This document shows positions 50,001 to 63,863 of a stretch of 64,000 nt of DNA, one piece after another. The notes beneath the pieces were generated by a model. The model did not search any database and was not told where the DNA came from. It worked only from the letters and a program-made list of their open reading frames with translations. This DNA is from Tubulanus polymorphus (lineage: Eukaryota > Animalia > Nemertea): the NCBI RefSeq assembly GCF_964204645.1, contig NC_134025.1, positions 20,931,101 to 20,995,100 of the forward strand. The letters run 5' to 3'. Within the stretch, counting starts at the first letter, position 1; each line of letters starts with the position of its first letter. The position numbers and the translations under genes are program-made.

Positions 50001-50318
50001 TGTTTTTGACAAGATTCTAGTACGCGACAGTTGTGTCTGGATGTGTGACATGTGTGCGCCGGTTATCCAAATCATCGCGCACGATAGGACGATAGGTGAA
50101 ATTTCTCTTGTCCCAACGTGGTATTTTAGATTTACTGATAGGGGAAACACGAGATTCGAACGTTCACCGCAACTCCGTGCCCTCACGCGTGGCCCCGGGC
50201 TTCACCCCGTGGTAGCAACGCCACCCGCGTTATTATCGAAAGAAAGATGAAATGGCTTCCAAAAAAACCCCTAAAATGATCGAAATCTCCAGAATGGGTT
50301 TAGGAAGTATGATCTATA

Positions 50319-51000
50319 GTGGCGTCACAAATGTCACTAAACGTGTTTTTTTTTTACTATTTCCTGCATTTTCGACTATTACATACGGGTATCAGTGTTT
50401 TCGCAATGGTAGATTAATCAAACCTGTGAAGATACTTTGCTCTGTCCTCATGAAATCACTTCTAAAATAATCGAAATCCCTAGAATTGGTTCAAGAAGTA
50501 TGATTTTTTATATTTTCTATTAAAATAGGGATTGACCCTGCTACTTATTTGATCGGTAGATTTATTTATTTATTTAATTTTCTTTTGATTTGGTGTCCCT
50601 TACAAACCCACAGCAGCTGTCCAGAGCGAAACAGGGGGTTTGATTTTGAAATCGGAAATCGAGGTACAGATATAGTTGTGTGATCGGCGGTTGAAATTAC
50701 TGAATTTTTTGTTTCAATCGAAGTACATAATTGGGAAATTCGGTTCCGGTTCATTCAAACAATCTTCCAAACAGTTTGAACCGGCAAGCAACTGATTGGG
50801 GTTAACTTTGTTGGCTGCCTAATTGTATACATCGACATTTCAGGATTTAGTGGCGCCACAATAAGAAACTAAACGTTTTTTTCCTATTTTCTGTTTGCCT
50901 ATGATTTTTTATCATTAATTTTTTACCATTACCTGGGTATCAGTATTTTCTTGTTAATTTAATCAAATCTGTGAAGATGCTTTGCTCGCTCTGTCGTCAT
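50319..51000 (+). repeat. Local diverged direct duplication (~50319-50452 vs ~50849-51000)
   Basis: AGTGGCG.CACAA...ACTAAACGT...GGGTATCAGT.TTTTC...TTAATCAAA.CTGTGAAGAT.CTTTGCTC in both. Confidence 0.65.
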
Positions 51001-54000
51001 GTGAAGCCCCGATCGTGGTTATTTTTCCACGCCAGATAATTGATCCTTATAAACAATAATTACCCTCTCTACCAGCGTGTAATAATCTAGTGCGAACAAA
51101 GCGAACTAAACCGCGGTTCGAGAAGCCCATGTTTCTTTAACGATTTGTTTGGACAAACGTTTTCTGTTAATGCCCAATTTGTTCCTACCACCCAAGTGAA
51201 CAGACTGTAGTAGCTATCCAGTCGTTCATCAATCTAACCGGGTGAAAAATTTATTTCAGCAAACTTTGTCTCGGATAATAGGCCGATGAAGGTCTCGGCA
51301 TGGGGTGCCTTAAGACGGTCACTTGACCACCTCTTGAACCGCCGCGGCTCATCGGCGAAGAGTATCGTTATTCTACTATATTGCCGTTATTAACTGATTC
51401 TCGAGATCGGACAGACGCTTCGTAATTAGTGTGATATTAACGAGATGCCCAATTTACCCTCGCCGAAAACCAAGAGCATCGAAATGAATCTTGAAACGAT
51501 TACGCAGAACATCATAATTTTTCGATATTTCTGGCCATCTTGAGATGTTGCCCGACTACATAAGTGAATTTTTCAATTCTAGACTACAAATGTGAATTTT
51601 AAATTCTAATAGTGATTTACATCGTGATTGAAGCACTTACAATTATTTTTCTAATGGCAACACTTACATTATCTATACAGTGTATAACATAATGCTCACC
51701 AGCAAAATGTCAGTAAACTCTTGTATATATAAGGCAACAAACGATACTTTTTTTCTCCTAATATAATATAATATAATATAATATATTTTATTTCCACTAA
51801 ATATCACAATATATCATTATACATTTTAAAAATGAAGTTAAGTGAAATATTTTAATATTAAGCAGGGGAGACTTGAAGAAGCCAGTTAAGACTAATCGGT
51901 CGGGTAGTCTTGTAAATCGCAACAAAATTTGTTATTAGTACATTTCAATAGTTACCGAGTCTGTTATGGTTGGCTTGCTCATGATTTTAAAGAAAAGGTT
52001 ATTTCACAAGGTAGATAGGCGACCGGCCGGCTCAGCGAAAGGAGAAACGAGGTATCAATTTTTTCAATCTGTTCAGTGGTTTAAATTCGAAAAAATAATG
52101 GCCCGTTCTAGTTTTTCGAAATTCTAATGTTTTTTTTCTGAAACTACAGTTGCGAGTCCACTGTTAGATGAACTAAGGTGTTTGAAGGATTGAAAAGGAA
52201 TTATTTTTCTATAATTCAAAGGTTGGCTACGAAGTAGTTTTAGATCTTAAAACTGGTTTTAACTTGTTTGATTGGTTATAGAGCTGAGATGGCCTTAAAC
52301 TTATCTTAAGTCTAAACCATGATTGTATGGAACCAGTCCTGGAGTCAACCGAGTCACGAATGGGAATCTGGATCATCGGTGCTATCGAGATTCAACGTCG
52401 TTAATTTCCAACTACCCGCATGTTTTCGTTTAAATTTTCATGTTATTCGTACCGCATCAACACATGATCTTAGAAGTGTCCATTCCGCCCAGAGTCACTA
52501 CGGTACGGAAAATGCATAGGAACAATGGCGTAGTGCCCGACCATCAGACGGTACCCGGAGGGATCGAGAGCGTGCTTATTTCCCCAGTGACGAGTCTCTC
52601 GATCGACGCCTTCAGCTTTGTCTTTGAGCCAAACGACACACACACACACCGTCCCGTCTCAACTCTCTTATCGGCACTGAATTTTCCCGTTTTCCCCTCT
52701 GGGCTGTATAGCTCCTGGCGACCTATTAGACAACTTTGAAATCCACAAGAGCGTATGATCAATGCACGTGTTTGGAAATTGGTTATTCAACTAATTAAAT
52801 CCGAATATTTTCACAAAAACGGTGTCCGCGGCCCGGTTTCTCTGGGAAAAATCTTTGCATTGTGACGCGTTTTTATCATTTCTGTTCACGTAATCTTTAA
52901 GTGCGAAGGTGGGAAAGATCGGGAAATCGCATTCGGTTATGACGGGGGCTTTTGTCCACCGCCAAATGGTATGGCATTGCAATCGTATATCGTATAATTA
53001 CGGGATGGCGGAGTCAAATAGAGCGAGCATAAGACACCAACAGGACTGTAATTATCGGGCGAGAACTGACAATGTTTCGATAGTCGACTCGCAGGAGCAC
53101 TTTTACTTGTTAAATATGACAGCCTTGTTCACGGAAGCGATTAATGGTTTGTAATAAGTGTCTCGTCGATGATTTTATCTCCTCGCCGATATGCGAATAA
53201 GTGCGTGTAATTATAGCGACCAACCTCAGCAACCAATTCAACTTCGAGTTGAAATACAAGAAAGACCCCCTTTTCAATATCTCGGTCGAAGTGATTTTGT
53301 AACAAGGGCGTAGCCGCGAAGATGGATATTTTATGTAGTTACGCGAACTCGGATTCCATTTTCAAAAACATTTGAATTTATGGAAAACATACAAAGGACC
53401 GAAAAGATTTTCTAACTTTAGGAGAGCAAAAATCTTGAGAGTATGATGCAATTATTCATCATATTTTTGCACACAAAAGAATCTTATTTACTTTTAATTC
53501 GCTCGAAGCTGAATTGGACCAAATTGACATATCAACCAAAAGAAAAAAATTCCACAATTGCGAACTAGTTTTCTAATAATAAAAATAGACATACGCCCGT
53601 GGCTGCATTGATCTTCCGAAGAAGTTTAGTTAAGTTTTTTTTTTGATTTATCACAATCAAATGACATAATTCTCGATGAACAAAGAATTAGCAGAAAAAC
53701 GATATAAACATATATACATTAACAGAGTTCAAAAAATATTTACTGGAAAAAATGCAGGAAACGAGCAACGTACTATACACATAATTTCAAACATCAAATT
53801 AAACATAATATTCAAACCCCGATTTAACATACTTTGTCTTGATAGCATATTTCAATAGCATATCTATTCCAATTTACTACTTATATCGTTAAAGATTCTT
53901 TTTATGTAACTTGTACCAATATTTGGCAAATCAAATTTCGTTTAAAAGAATGATATAACGTATGGCTGCCAACCTCTAAAAAGTGCTTTCAATTTTTTTC

Positions 54001-56219
54001 AGCAACATTTCATTGAAATGTGAAAGAAAAAGTTCAAATTAATCAGCAATCAATAGTAAGACTCTCAGTGACATCTTTCATATTTCTGTATGCATCGATT
54101 CAATTTCTCGTTAAAAATAGTAACAAATACTAAAAATCAGGAACAGTTGGCAGCTCTGGTAAAGGCGTTCAGACGAAAATTCCAGGTACTAAGCGCGATA
54201 CGTGCGACCGGAAGAAAAAGCTATTTATCCTTTTCAATACGAATGCATCGCGAGAATTAATTCGCGGCAAATGTAGAAAATTATCTTACACAAAACGATC
54301 GCTTCGAACCCTTAAGCTTGAGATACAAAGCCAAAATCAGAATCTATAGATCTATGTATGATGTTATAAATCGACCGTATGACTCTTCATCGTGTCCTAA
54401 TCTTCTTAGGCCGCGGAAGATTTATGGAATGAAGATTTGAGATCAACAAAGGCAATCGAAAACGGTGTCCTACATTATATATCTATATTCTGTATATGCT
54501 TAATTAAAGTCTAAATCAATGGCTCGTGTCTGATGGACAATCAGATAGACAGATGGGGCCAGGGGGCAGTAGTTAACGATACGATATCGACAAGGGTACG
54601 TCTTTGACCGCCGCTTTTGTGATCTTGTCTAAATTCGTTTCGTCGTAAGTACTAGAGACAATAGCGATTATCGCGTTATCGACCCGTGGACGTACTTGTC
54701 GTCTTTATTGTTTTGCGGTTGAGAGGTAAATGAATCTGTCAAGCATTTAGCCACATAGGGTGTCACAAGCTGACTAGGATGCTCGACACCTTCCCCTAAA
54801 TTGTCCAATTTTCGCGTTAACGCTCGTCAATGCGACTTCACGCGCGGTCTTTCATTACGAGAGCGTAACGAAAAGCGAATTTGCTAAACATAATTATATA
54901 CTTATATACTATGCCCACGTCGTTCCAGGCGTTTGTGAATTCAAAGAAATGTGTAAACACTCGCAAAACACGCCGGCACAATGTAGAAAACAATCCTCCA
55001 AACAACCGGCAGATACACCGTGAAATTAAGGGATATAGTTTGCCAAATCACCTTTCAACATAACTGTTTATTTGTCGTTGAAAGCTTTCCTTTAAAAGGA
55101 CGAACCGCCGAAGTGGTTAAACAAATATTATCCGCTATATACCACGTATAAATAAACTGTCAACTACTTGTGTATTATACATTTCAATGTTTCGGAGTAA
55201 GTAAACTTTCGGAGGATCATCGAGAGGTTAATTCTACGTTCCAATAGAGAATGGATATATATATTTTTTCTCTTTGACGTAAGATTTGTTTCAACGGCCG
55301 TGGTGGGAGACATGTCATTCCATACGACCCAGGACATCGCAAATAAGCGCCGCTAATTAGCGGATGGCCATGTAGATGTCCCATTTGCACGTACACCCCA
55401 TCCTAACACGATTTCACAATAGTTGCGCGAAATGCCCCCCTACGATGTGCAAATTAATGCTTACAAGCTGACAATTTAGTAATTATATTTTCACCATCAT
55501 TTAGCCGTAAGTCGCTTCCTGTTGAACTCGCTACTATGTTGGGTAAACACGACAATTAAAGGTGGCAATTTTCAATTTCGATTCGTATAGTGTTCTGGCG
55601 TCTCCCGCGCACACGGCCACAAATCATAATCGTACCGTCTAATTGGAGATTACCAAATGACGATTGCCAATTGATGTCGCTCTAATCTATAGAGAATTCC
55701 ACAATGATAACGAAATAATGTTAAGTCCGAAAATGTATCCTTGAGCTAGTAGAGTATTCCATACATTTCAACTATATTCTTATAGTCATCTTCAGGGTTA
55801 CTGAATTACATCAGAAATTATGAAATATATACATATACAATCCAGAACAAAGCGACTTATTAAGTCATCTTAAGTGAAACAAACATTCTATAGAAGTGTG
55901 TTAGGACCATCTACATTGGAAACGAAAACGATTAATCTCAATGTCTTACAGTTGATGAAAAATGGTATAGGAATTCATAACTACCGTACTACGTTTCTTT
56001 CGCATCCCCTTCGTAGGCGGCCATAAATCATAATGACCGTCCAGTTTGAGATGTCCAGCTATGTCGATTGCAAATTGTTTCAATCTTCTTTGGAAGTTTG
56101 ATAAGGGCTTTCATCGATAAATTAAGAAGATAAATTTTACTGCCTTGCCTGGATGTTGATAATATGAAAAATAATTTTATCGAGACCACGGTGTTTACCG
56201 AGACGAATGAAGCAAAATG

Positions 56220-56985
56220 ATTATTTACAAACATATTAATGTTTTTAATGAAAATTGACAATACCATAGAACATATCTTGGTTTCTTTCAAATCTGTTTC
56301 CCCAAATGTCGAAACGTCGTGGTTTCAATGAGAAAGCATTTAACTCAATCTTATCTCCACGTTATATCAAAATGTTTCATATTTTGTATATTTTTGTTTA
56401 CGGCATGTTGTAATTTATTGTGTAGATAAATGATCAAATTATTAGTATTATTTGACGTATATTTGTATCATCGGTACGAAAAGGATAATAAAGAAGTTTC
56501 CACTTTCTAGGCGCCATTTTGTGGCGGTACCTCGAGGTCCCCATTGTTGCGATAATTTGTGCTCATGTTTAAAACATAAGTTTTGAATGAACATCATATA
56601 GCTCTCCTGTCTCTTGCTTGATTAACTTAATATATACACCATTCTTGATTCTTGGATTTTTTCAACGCATTATTTACAAACATATTTATGTTTTAATGAA
56701 AATTGACAATACCAGGGAATATATCCTGGTTTCTTTCAAATCTGTTTTCCCAAACATCGAAACGTCGTTGTTTCAATGAGAAATCAATTAACGAATAATG
56801 GGGGGGGGGGACAAGAAACTATCATAAGCCCTTGTTGGCTTCATCTAGTCTCCACGTTATATCAAAATGTTTCATATTTTGTATATTTTTGTTTATGACA
56901 TGTTGTAATTTATTGTGGAAATAAATTATCTAATCACTATTATCGGACGTACGTATATTTGCATAATCGGTACAAAAATGATAAT
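56220..56985 (+). repeat. Local tandem duplication, ~270 bp units (~56220-56490 and ~56670-56985)
   Basis: ATTATTTACAAACATATT...GGTTTCTTTCAAATCTGTTT...TCTCCACGTTATATCAAAATGTTTCATATTTTGTATATTTTTGTTTA occurs twice. Confidence 0.85.
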
Positions 56986-57659
56986 TGAGTTCCATCAGGT
57001 GTAATCTTAACTTATCTAGACCTCTATACAGTGGAACCTTAATAAAACGAACTCAGACTCATCAGATAAAAAATTGCAGAATTTCACCCCAAAATATAGG
57101 ACAATATTCAACTATTGTTTCATATTGGAACGAACTAACGGTTATCACGGACAGGTTATGTGGTCCCGTGAAATTTTGTTGTAACGAATTTGTTCCACAC
57201 TCCAGGAACAAGACTAAATTTTCACCAATCAACTCCTAATTTGAGGATACATTTAGACGGAGACCTCCCATTCAAAGGAAGTGTAGGCCTATGGATTGGC
57301 CAATATGCAACGTGTTTCGTTTTGTCCAATGAAGTCTTAAATAAAATTAGATTTCTTACAAAATAGGCTTAGAGAATTAATTGTAAATTCATTACGTGGA
57401 TATAATTAGCTACGTTTTAATGACCAAGTACAGTCAATATGCTGATTAAGTGATTGAACAAATTAGGCTGCGTCGCCCAATTCCGTCAATTCCGAGAGTG
57501 TATATAATTCAATTGTATCAACAACGTGTCCGTGACGTGACTGGTCAAACAGGAATTCCGTATATTTGCAAGGGATTTTCAGTTGTTTGTATCCGAACCA
57601 CTGCGAGTTCATTAAAATTGAAAGACACTTATTTCGATAGACCTGTTTAGAAAAGAAGG

Positions 57660-60600
57660 ATGTCCATGACGGCGATAGCATTTTCAGGTTCGATGGGGAA
57701 TAATGAGGTATGTATACACTTGGAGTAACGTAGTAGACAAATATTCAGTAAATCTCACTAAACTATATACCGCGACGCATCGACAATTCTTGTTGTACAT
57801 CTCTGTAAGATGATATGATAACAAGAACAATGACTATTTGAAATTGACGTTCGATTTCTCATCGCGACGATCGGCATACAGGAAATTACGATTAGGTTAG
57901 CCTTCGACGTGTGCCATGACGGGATGATTACAATGCCGTAACTTCAACAATTTCGACGGTTGATTTCAATATTCAGTTTTTGAAAATATTATTTAGGTAT
58001 TTGGTGCGAGGAAATGTTATACACGGCACAGGATGTCTACAGAACTTTTGGAAACAACGCAGTCAAAGTTGAGTCGGTGAGTTATTCTGAAATATTCGAT
58101 CATCTGCGGTTCGATGATTTATCTTTTTTTTTTAGAATTGAAAGATTTCGAAAGATTTGTCTGCATTTAAATGAAGTCAGAATTTTTAAAAAACCAAAAG
58201 GCACAGTTTCACAAAGAGGGTGAATTCATAAATCGATTGAGAGAAAGCTGAATCGATGAAGAAATTGAATCGATTTTGAGTCGACCCCATTTCAGTTATA
58301 TGCTTAAGTCGTTTCGATGTTCTATTCTAAAAGGGTTCAAATGAAAGATAATGGAACAACAAAGAAACACTCCCGTGACGATGACGATGGATGGGATACT
58401 GATTTGGAAGGAGAAGGTATGATCTTTACAGTTAGGCCTATAGGCCTATTCAATAATCTTGGACAAAGAATTGGGGGGGGGGGACTGGATGTAGGCCTAA
58501 CACTCACGATGATCTAAATTCCACAAAAATGAATCGATCCTAAAAGTTCGTTTAAAGTATATATTTCGATATATTTCGGGTGGTTGCTACCACCCTTCTT
58601 CGGTCGTAAAATGAGTAAAATGTAAATGAATAAGAAAGTCTCTTTTAGACTGAAGAAGCAACCACCCGAATATTTCTGATATTCTAAGTAAAATTTTTAG
58701 ATCAATTCATTTATTGTGGGATTTTGCTCATCGTTTTATCACGGATATTGGGATCTACAACTGATTTATCTAAATTCGTTTCAGAACAAAATACAACCTA
58801 CGATATAACCGGAAAAAGTATCTATTTGCAAGTTTGTGCTGAAATAGGGGTCGTTCCGGTGTCGTATTTCATGCGTCACATGAACGATTCGATTCTTGAA
58901 ATGAAGCATCACGGTTTAGGAGTTCTCGGCGCCAAGGCCATCGCTATTCCGCTCGTCGTAAGGATTGACTATGGAAGCGAATCTTATTTATCGAGGAAAT
59001 TATCAACTAAGAGAAATGATTGTTTGACTGAAAGATTTTTCTTTTTTTTAGACAAACACGTCCGTTTTAACGCTGGATTTATCCGACAACGCAATCGAGG
59101 GTGAAGGAGCCCAATACATTTCTGAAATGCTCACTGAAAATTGTTATATCTCAGAATTAGTAAGTTCGGCGATAGGCAGTATAAAATTTTTATTGCGGTT
59201 TTAATCGGTTTTATGGTCTATCTTACACTAATCCTGGGGCCAGTCGCACAGTCATGGCTTATATACTATAGCCAATCTATCAACCTAAGACAAGCATCAA
59301 TATTTAAGACATATTTTAGACTTAATTTCAAAATTGGTCTTAGGCCTACATCTTAAGACTGGCCTTGAGTTGTTAGATTGGCTATAGAACTAAGGTTATC
59401 TTTAAGACTGGTCATAAATATTGAATTGAAATGCATATAAGCCATGACTATGTAACGACTGGTCCTGAGTTGGGCCTAATAGGTTGAGTGTAGGAAGCAC
59501 GGTGGTCTTAATCTCAGCCTCAACTGGCAGCTGGCCCCTTGTCAACTTGGAATTATTATTAAAAAAGTGAAAAGTACCAGTCAGATTTTGTAACAGACCT
59601 TTATCCTACATGTACTTTAAATGCATCCATCGTATTTTTCTTAATAGAATTTATCGAACAATAATCTTGGAAGTGACGGAGCCATAGCTGTGTGCGATAT
59701 GCTGTCGATGAACCGGACAATTCGTAAAGTTGACATATCAGGTGTGTGGTATATTGTGTCATGAAATTATAAACTGTTTTGAATCATCTCCTCTTGAATT
59801 ATAGTAATTGTACAATAGCTACACAAATACAAAAATTCAAAATGCATGGAGGCATGAAGAAATCTAGTTTTAAGGTTTATAAGATTTTCATTCCACCCTC
59901 GTACACCCAGTCATATTCTCTTTCACACTAGACTCACACATTTCAATCTTAATTCTGATGTAAAGTCAATTTGTTTATATGTCCCATTTTTTCATTACAT
60001 AGCCAATGCTTTCAGCGACAAAGATGCGGCGGTTATAGCGAATTTCATATTGGTAGGTAATCAAACACTATATTCTGCTGTTTCCTTGACAGAGTTTGTT
60101 GTAATTCTGAAGTGGTGATCATCCGATTATTTCCAATATACAAGGCGAAAAAGTCGGAACTGATTAAAGCAATGCCAGCACTTAAAGCCTGTGGCTATCT
60201 TTAAAAGATAATTCAATTCCCAGTATAAGTCCAAATCAGATGATCCCTGCTGTAACCACATAGATTTTTGACGCCGTAAAAACCGTTACAATAATGTTTA
60301 ACTGTAAGCAATTGCAGTCAGGACGTAAACGTAAAACTCTTCTAAACTCTTCTTCAAAAATGTTTATATACATTGATACCTCTAGTATGCGTTATATGAG
60401 GGGTTCTGTGTAAGTCGATGCGCACTACGTCATCAATATTGGTGTTTCAAGATAACAATTACAACTGTGAATTTTGACATTTATTTTGTAACTTAATATA
60501 TTCCAAAACTCTAATTTTATTTTTGATAAATTTTGTTGATCATTTTTGAGAGGATGTGCGCTACGTCACCAATATATCGGGGTTAGACTGGTTGCCAGTC

Positions 60601-63600
60601 AATTCAATTCAATTATTTATATATTCAAATATAAAATGACTTTATTGATCCTTGATATATTATATGCGTATATGATTAATATCATCTATTTTATTGTCGA
60701 CATTATCAAGCAATATGTGTATTGTTTTTCAAGGCGTCATTACACTTTCAAGTTGGTAATCTTGTTCAGATAATCTGATTCCCGTATCAAGAGTGACTTG
60801 TAACCATTATCTAGACAAACCTTATACATACACAACCTTAATGCGCTCCACGCTCCAATTATTCGGTTTTACGAATGAAATAAACATTCATCGCAAATTA
60901 TTGTTTTATTTCTTATTAGGATAATAACAGAATACAAGAAATCAATATCAGCTACAATGAATTTTCCGAAAAGGGAGGAGAATTGCTCGGGCCGGCCATT
61001 TGTACGTGTTCGTTTGCGCATTCCTATATTTAAGAAAACCACCACATGGGTAGTTCTAATCATCTTGCTTTATTGTAATTCAGCCGAGAATGAAGTCATT
61101 GAGAAATTGGACTTGAGCTGGAATCATCTGCGGTTAAAAGGTGGCGTGGCCGTAGTAGACGGAGTCAAGGTAAGGCCTACGTGCGCCGATTGGTTAGATC
61201 GGGTCTAATTTTACAGAAATACAATGCAATCCCAATGATCCTATCGTTGAGACTTAGGTTTATGAGCATGACCCGTCAAAATCAACAGTTTCGCCTGTGA
61301 CAGTACTTTGTGATAAAATTTCGAAGCCTATCGTCAAATCAAAACGTTTATGTACATGTATACCGTCAAAATATCTAGCAACAGCTTAATAACACCAGAT
61401 GGCGATACCATACGATGAATGTGTGCCTTTTGGATCGTTGTTAGATGATTTGACTTAACAGACGATAGACTTTTACATTTATCAAAGTATAGACAAATCG
61501 ACGAAACGCTTGATTTTGACGGCTTATTTAATTGCTTCGATTCGATCATGTGGTGGCTCTGTAAAGGGCCTCGTATAACAACCCTATATTTGAGACAATT
61601 AAGCCGGTTTCTTTTTGTTTGATTGATATTGATGCCCTTTATTTACGCATGGTGAATGTGTGAATGTTTGTTTTCAGAATAACGCGCGCTTGAAATCGGT
61701 AAATTTGTCATTCAACGGTCTCGGAAATGAGGGAGCATGCGCGCTAGCAGAGCTATTTAAGAATAACAACGTTCTTCTCGAACTGGACTTCAGCAGCAAC
61801 AGAATTATGCCAGAAGGTGCGCTACTAATGGCCAAAGGTCTCGATGCAAATGAAACCCTAAAAGCGTTACGGGTATGTATCTTTCGATATTATAGTAAAC
61901 CTTCAGTTAATCGGATCTTTTGGGGTCAAGAAAATATCCTCCGACTTTGAAAAAGTCCGACTAGGATAAGTAGGATTTCCAGCCTTTTTCCGAAAACAAC
62001 GACTTGAGAATTGATTTCCGTATGGAAAAACCAAATCAACATCTATAAGAAATCATTTAAAACACTGAAATATTTCGGGCTAATTTTTCTATTCAAATAT
62101 ACTAACCAAATCTAGAATAATTCATTTTTTATCATCTGATCCCCGAAACTAATAATAGAATCATCTAACATTTCAGGTAGCAAATAATCCTATTGGATCT
62201 GCAGGGGCGTTGGCGTTGATAAATGCTATACATAACGACAGGAGTCTTCTTAAACTTTTCGACCTAACCGTAAGATATCGTTCACAGATGTATTGGTTTG
62301 TTATTCAGTTTACAATCGAATGTTCCATTCCGTAATCCATATATCAGCTTATTTTCATGATAAGATTAGTTAACTACAACTGCACCATCCTCGCCCGGCA
62401 GGGATTCGAACCTGATGGTATCGAGACTCGCCACAGAAAAACACCCCCGCTTTATTCTAGCCTGGGTTTTTCGATCTATATTTTATCCATGAAATCTGCC
62501 TCAGCGATTATACAACAGGCAATCTGATTGGTGACGCACGTTTTCTTGCGGCAAACCTGCGCATGTCTGATGCGCACCCGGTCTAATGCAGCAGTCCCCT
62601 GCCGAGGGAGGATGTAACTGCCCATAAGAGAAGCTATCACAGTGCCCTCGTTCAGAATAAGCTGGATATCTTACTGACCTCTTACAGGGTATTCAAGTGT
62701 GTAAAGAGTTCGATAAAATTCACAAAGAAATGCTCGAATCCGGAAGAGATATAGTAATTTTACACGGAGGCATCCTCGGCAATTACATTATCAAAGGATC
62801 TAAGAATAGAAAGGCTGGACTAATAGGTAATGAACAAAATACCTCTTAGCCGCGATCACACGGAGGCGATTTAACCCGGGCCAAATTGGCACGGATCAGG
62901 CCCGAGTAAAATTTGGCCTGTACGTAAATAGAGAGCGCGTTCACACGCAAACCAATCACTAAATACTAAACAATGCTTTAACAAAGCGAAGCGAGTCGTT
63001 TCCGGAACCAGTTGCAATTCACACGCAATTATTTTTTGGCCCGTGCCAAATTCGGCCAAAAACGCTCGTGTGATCGCTGAAGTAGGCCCGAATAAAAACA
63101 TCGGACCAGGCCCGAACAAAATTCTAGCACTGGACAAAGTTTGGTACTGGTACTGGAAATGACCCACATCGCTTTGTTTAAGCATTGTTTAGTAACGAGT
63201 GGTGTGCGTGTGAACGCCCTCTCTAATTAGACACGGGCCAAATTTGACTCGAGCCTGATCTGCACCAATTTTGCCCGGGCCAAATCGTCTCGTGATCAAG
63301 ATTATCGAGAGCATTCTAAAACCCGAGTACCCTTGAGTGATTTGCGTTTATTTTTTCATTTTATAGCTGACGCGACCGACGAAGATCGCGAAATGAGCGA
63401 ATTGTTCGGCACTCCGCTGGAAATATTCATGAAAACAGATCCGATGGCGATTCTGAAATCGTACGTTGACCGTAATAACCTACGACTCGTTGACCTTTTC
63501 AACCGATTCGATAAGGACAAGAATTACAAGATAAGTCTCGAAGAATTCAAAAAGGGGTTAGCGGTAAGTAGTATTGCAAAACTCGGCGGCGCTTGGGAAT

Positions 63601-63863
63601 TTGATGATTTTGATAATATTCTCCGTATCGTGTATATCGTTTATGAATTATATATTCAAGATGGCGGACGTTGGCCTAACAGAAAACCAAATAGAAGCTT
63701 TGATAGCAAGACTTGATAAATCTGAAAGTGATGGAATGGTAGATTACAGGTAAACGCTTGTCAAAAATGTTTATATAATATTTAGGTTCTAACCTCGCAA
63801 GTTACCAATACTCTACAATGCTATGATTATATTTGCAGGATTTTGGCCAATGGCGTTTCTTAG
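57660..63863 (+). CDS. LRRC74: LRRC74-like leucine-rich repeat protein with C-terminal EF-hand pair; 16 exons: 57660-57707, 57997-58076, 58136-58219, 58334-58416, 58785-58957, 59052-59159, 59648-59741, 60003-60052, 60920-61001, 61084-61169, 61678-61872, 62177-62269, 62688-62826, 63367-63563, 63661-63749, 63839-63863
   Basis: WDTDLE; YLQVCAEIGVVPVSYFMRHM..MKHHGLGVLGAKAIAIPL; RI-type LRRs (LDLSDNAI, NLSNNNL, NISYNEF, LDLSWNHL, NLSFNGL, LDFSSNRI); LRLVDLFNRFDKDKNYKISLEEF; all introns GT-AG and phase-consistent; first three exons less certain. Confidence 0.85.
58572..58673. mobile_element. Inverted remnant with hammerhead-core-like arms (Penelope-like)
   Basis: Minus arm CCGAAGA-A-GGGTGGT-agca-ACCACCC-GAAA; plus arm CTGAAGAAG[deletion]CAACCACCCGAA. 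Confidence 0.45.
59233..59467. mobile_element. Palindromic MITE family; relatives at ~44899-45031 and ~52220-52342
   Basis: TIRs GGCCAGTCGCACAGTCATGGCTTA / TAAGCCATGACTATGTAACGACTGGTCC; internal GTT(A/G)GATT(G/A)G(C/T)T.TAGA.CT.AG. Confidence 0.7.
62388..62435 (-). mobile_element. tRNA-derived SINE head fragment
   Basis: Pol III B-box CAGGTTCGAATCCCTG on the minus strand without a full cloverleaf. Confidence 0.4.
62848..63297. mobile_element. MITE with long inverted arms in an LRRC74 intron
   Basis: Arms CCCGGGCCAAATTGGCACGGATCAGGCCCGAGTAAAATTTGGCC / GGCCAAATTTGACTCGAGCCTGATCTGCACCAATTTTGCCCGGG; related to 33808-34109. Confidence 0.75.

Noticed and set aside
62388-62435. tRNA gene
   Set aside because: Only a T-arm/B-box is present; no acceptor, D or anticodon arms could be folded
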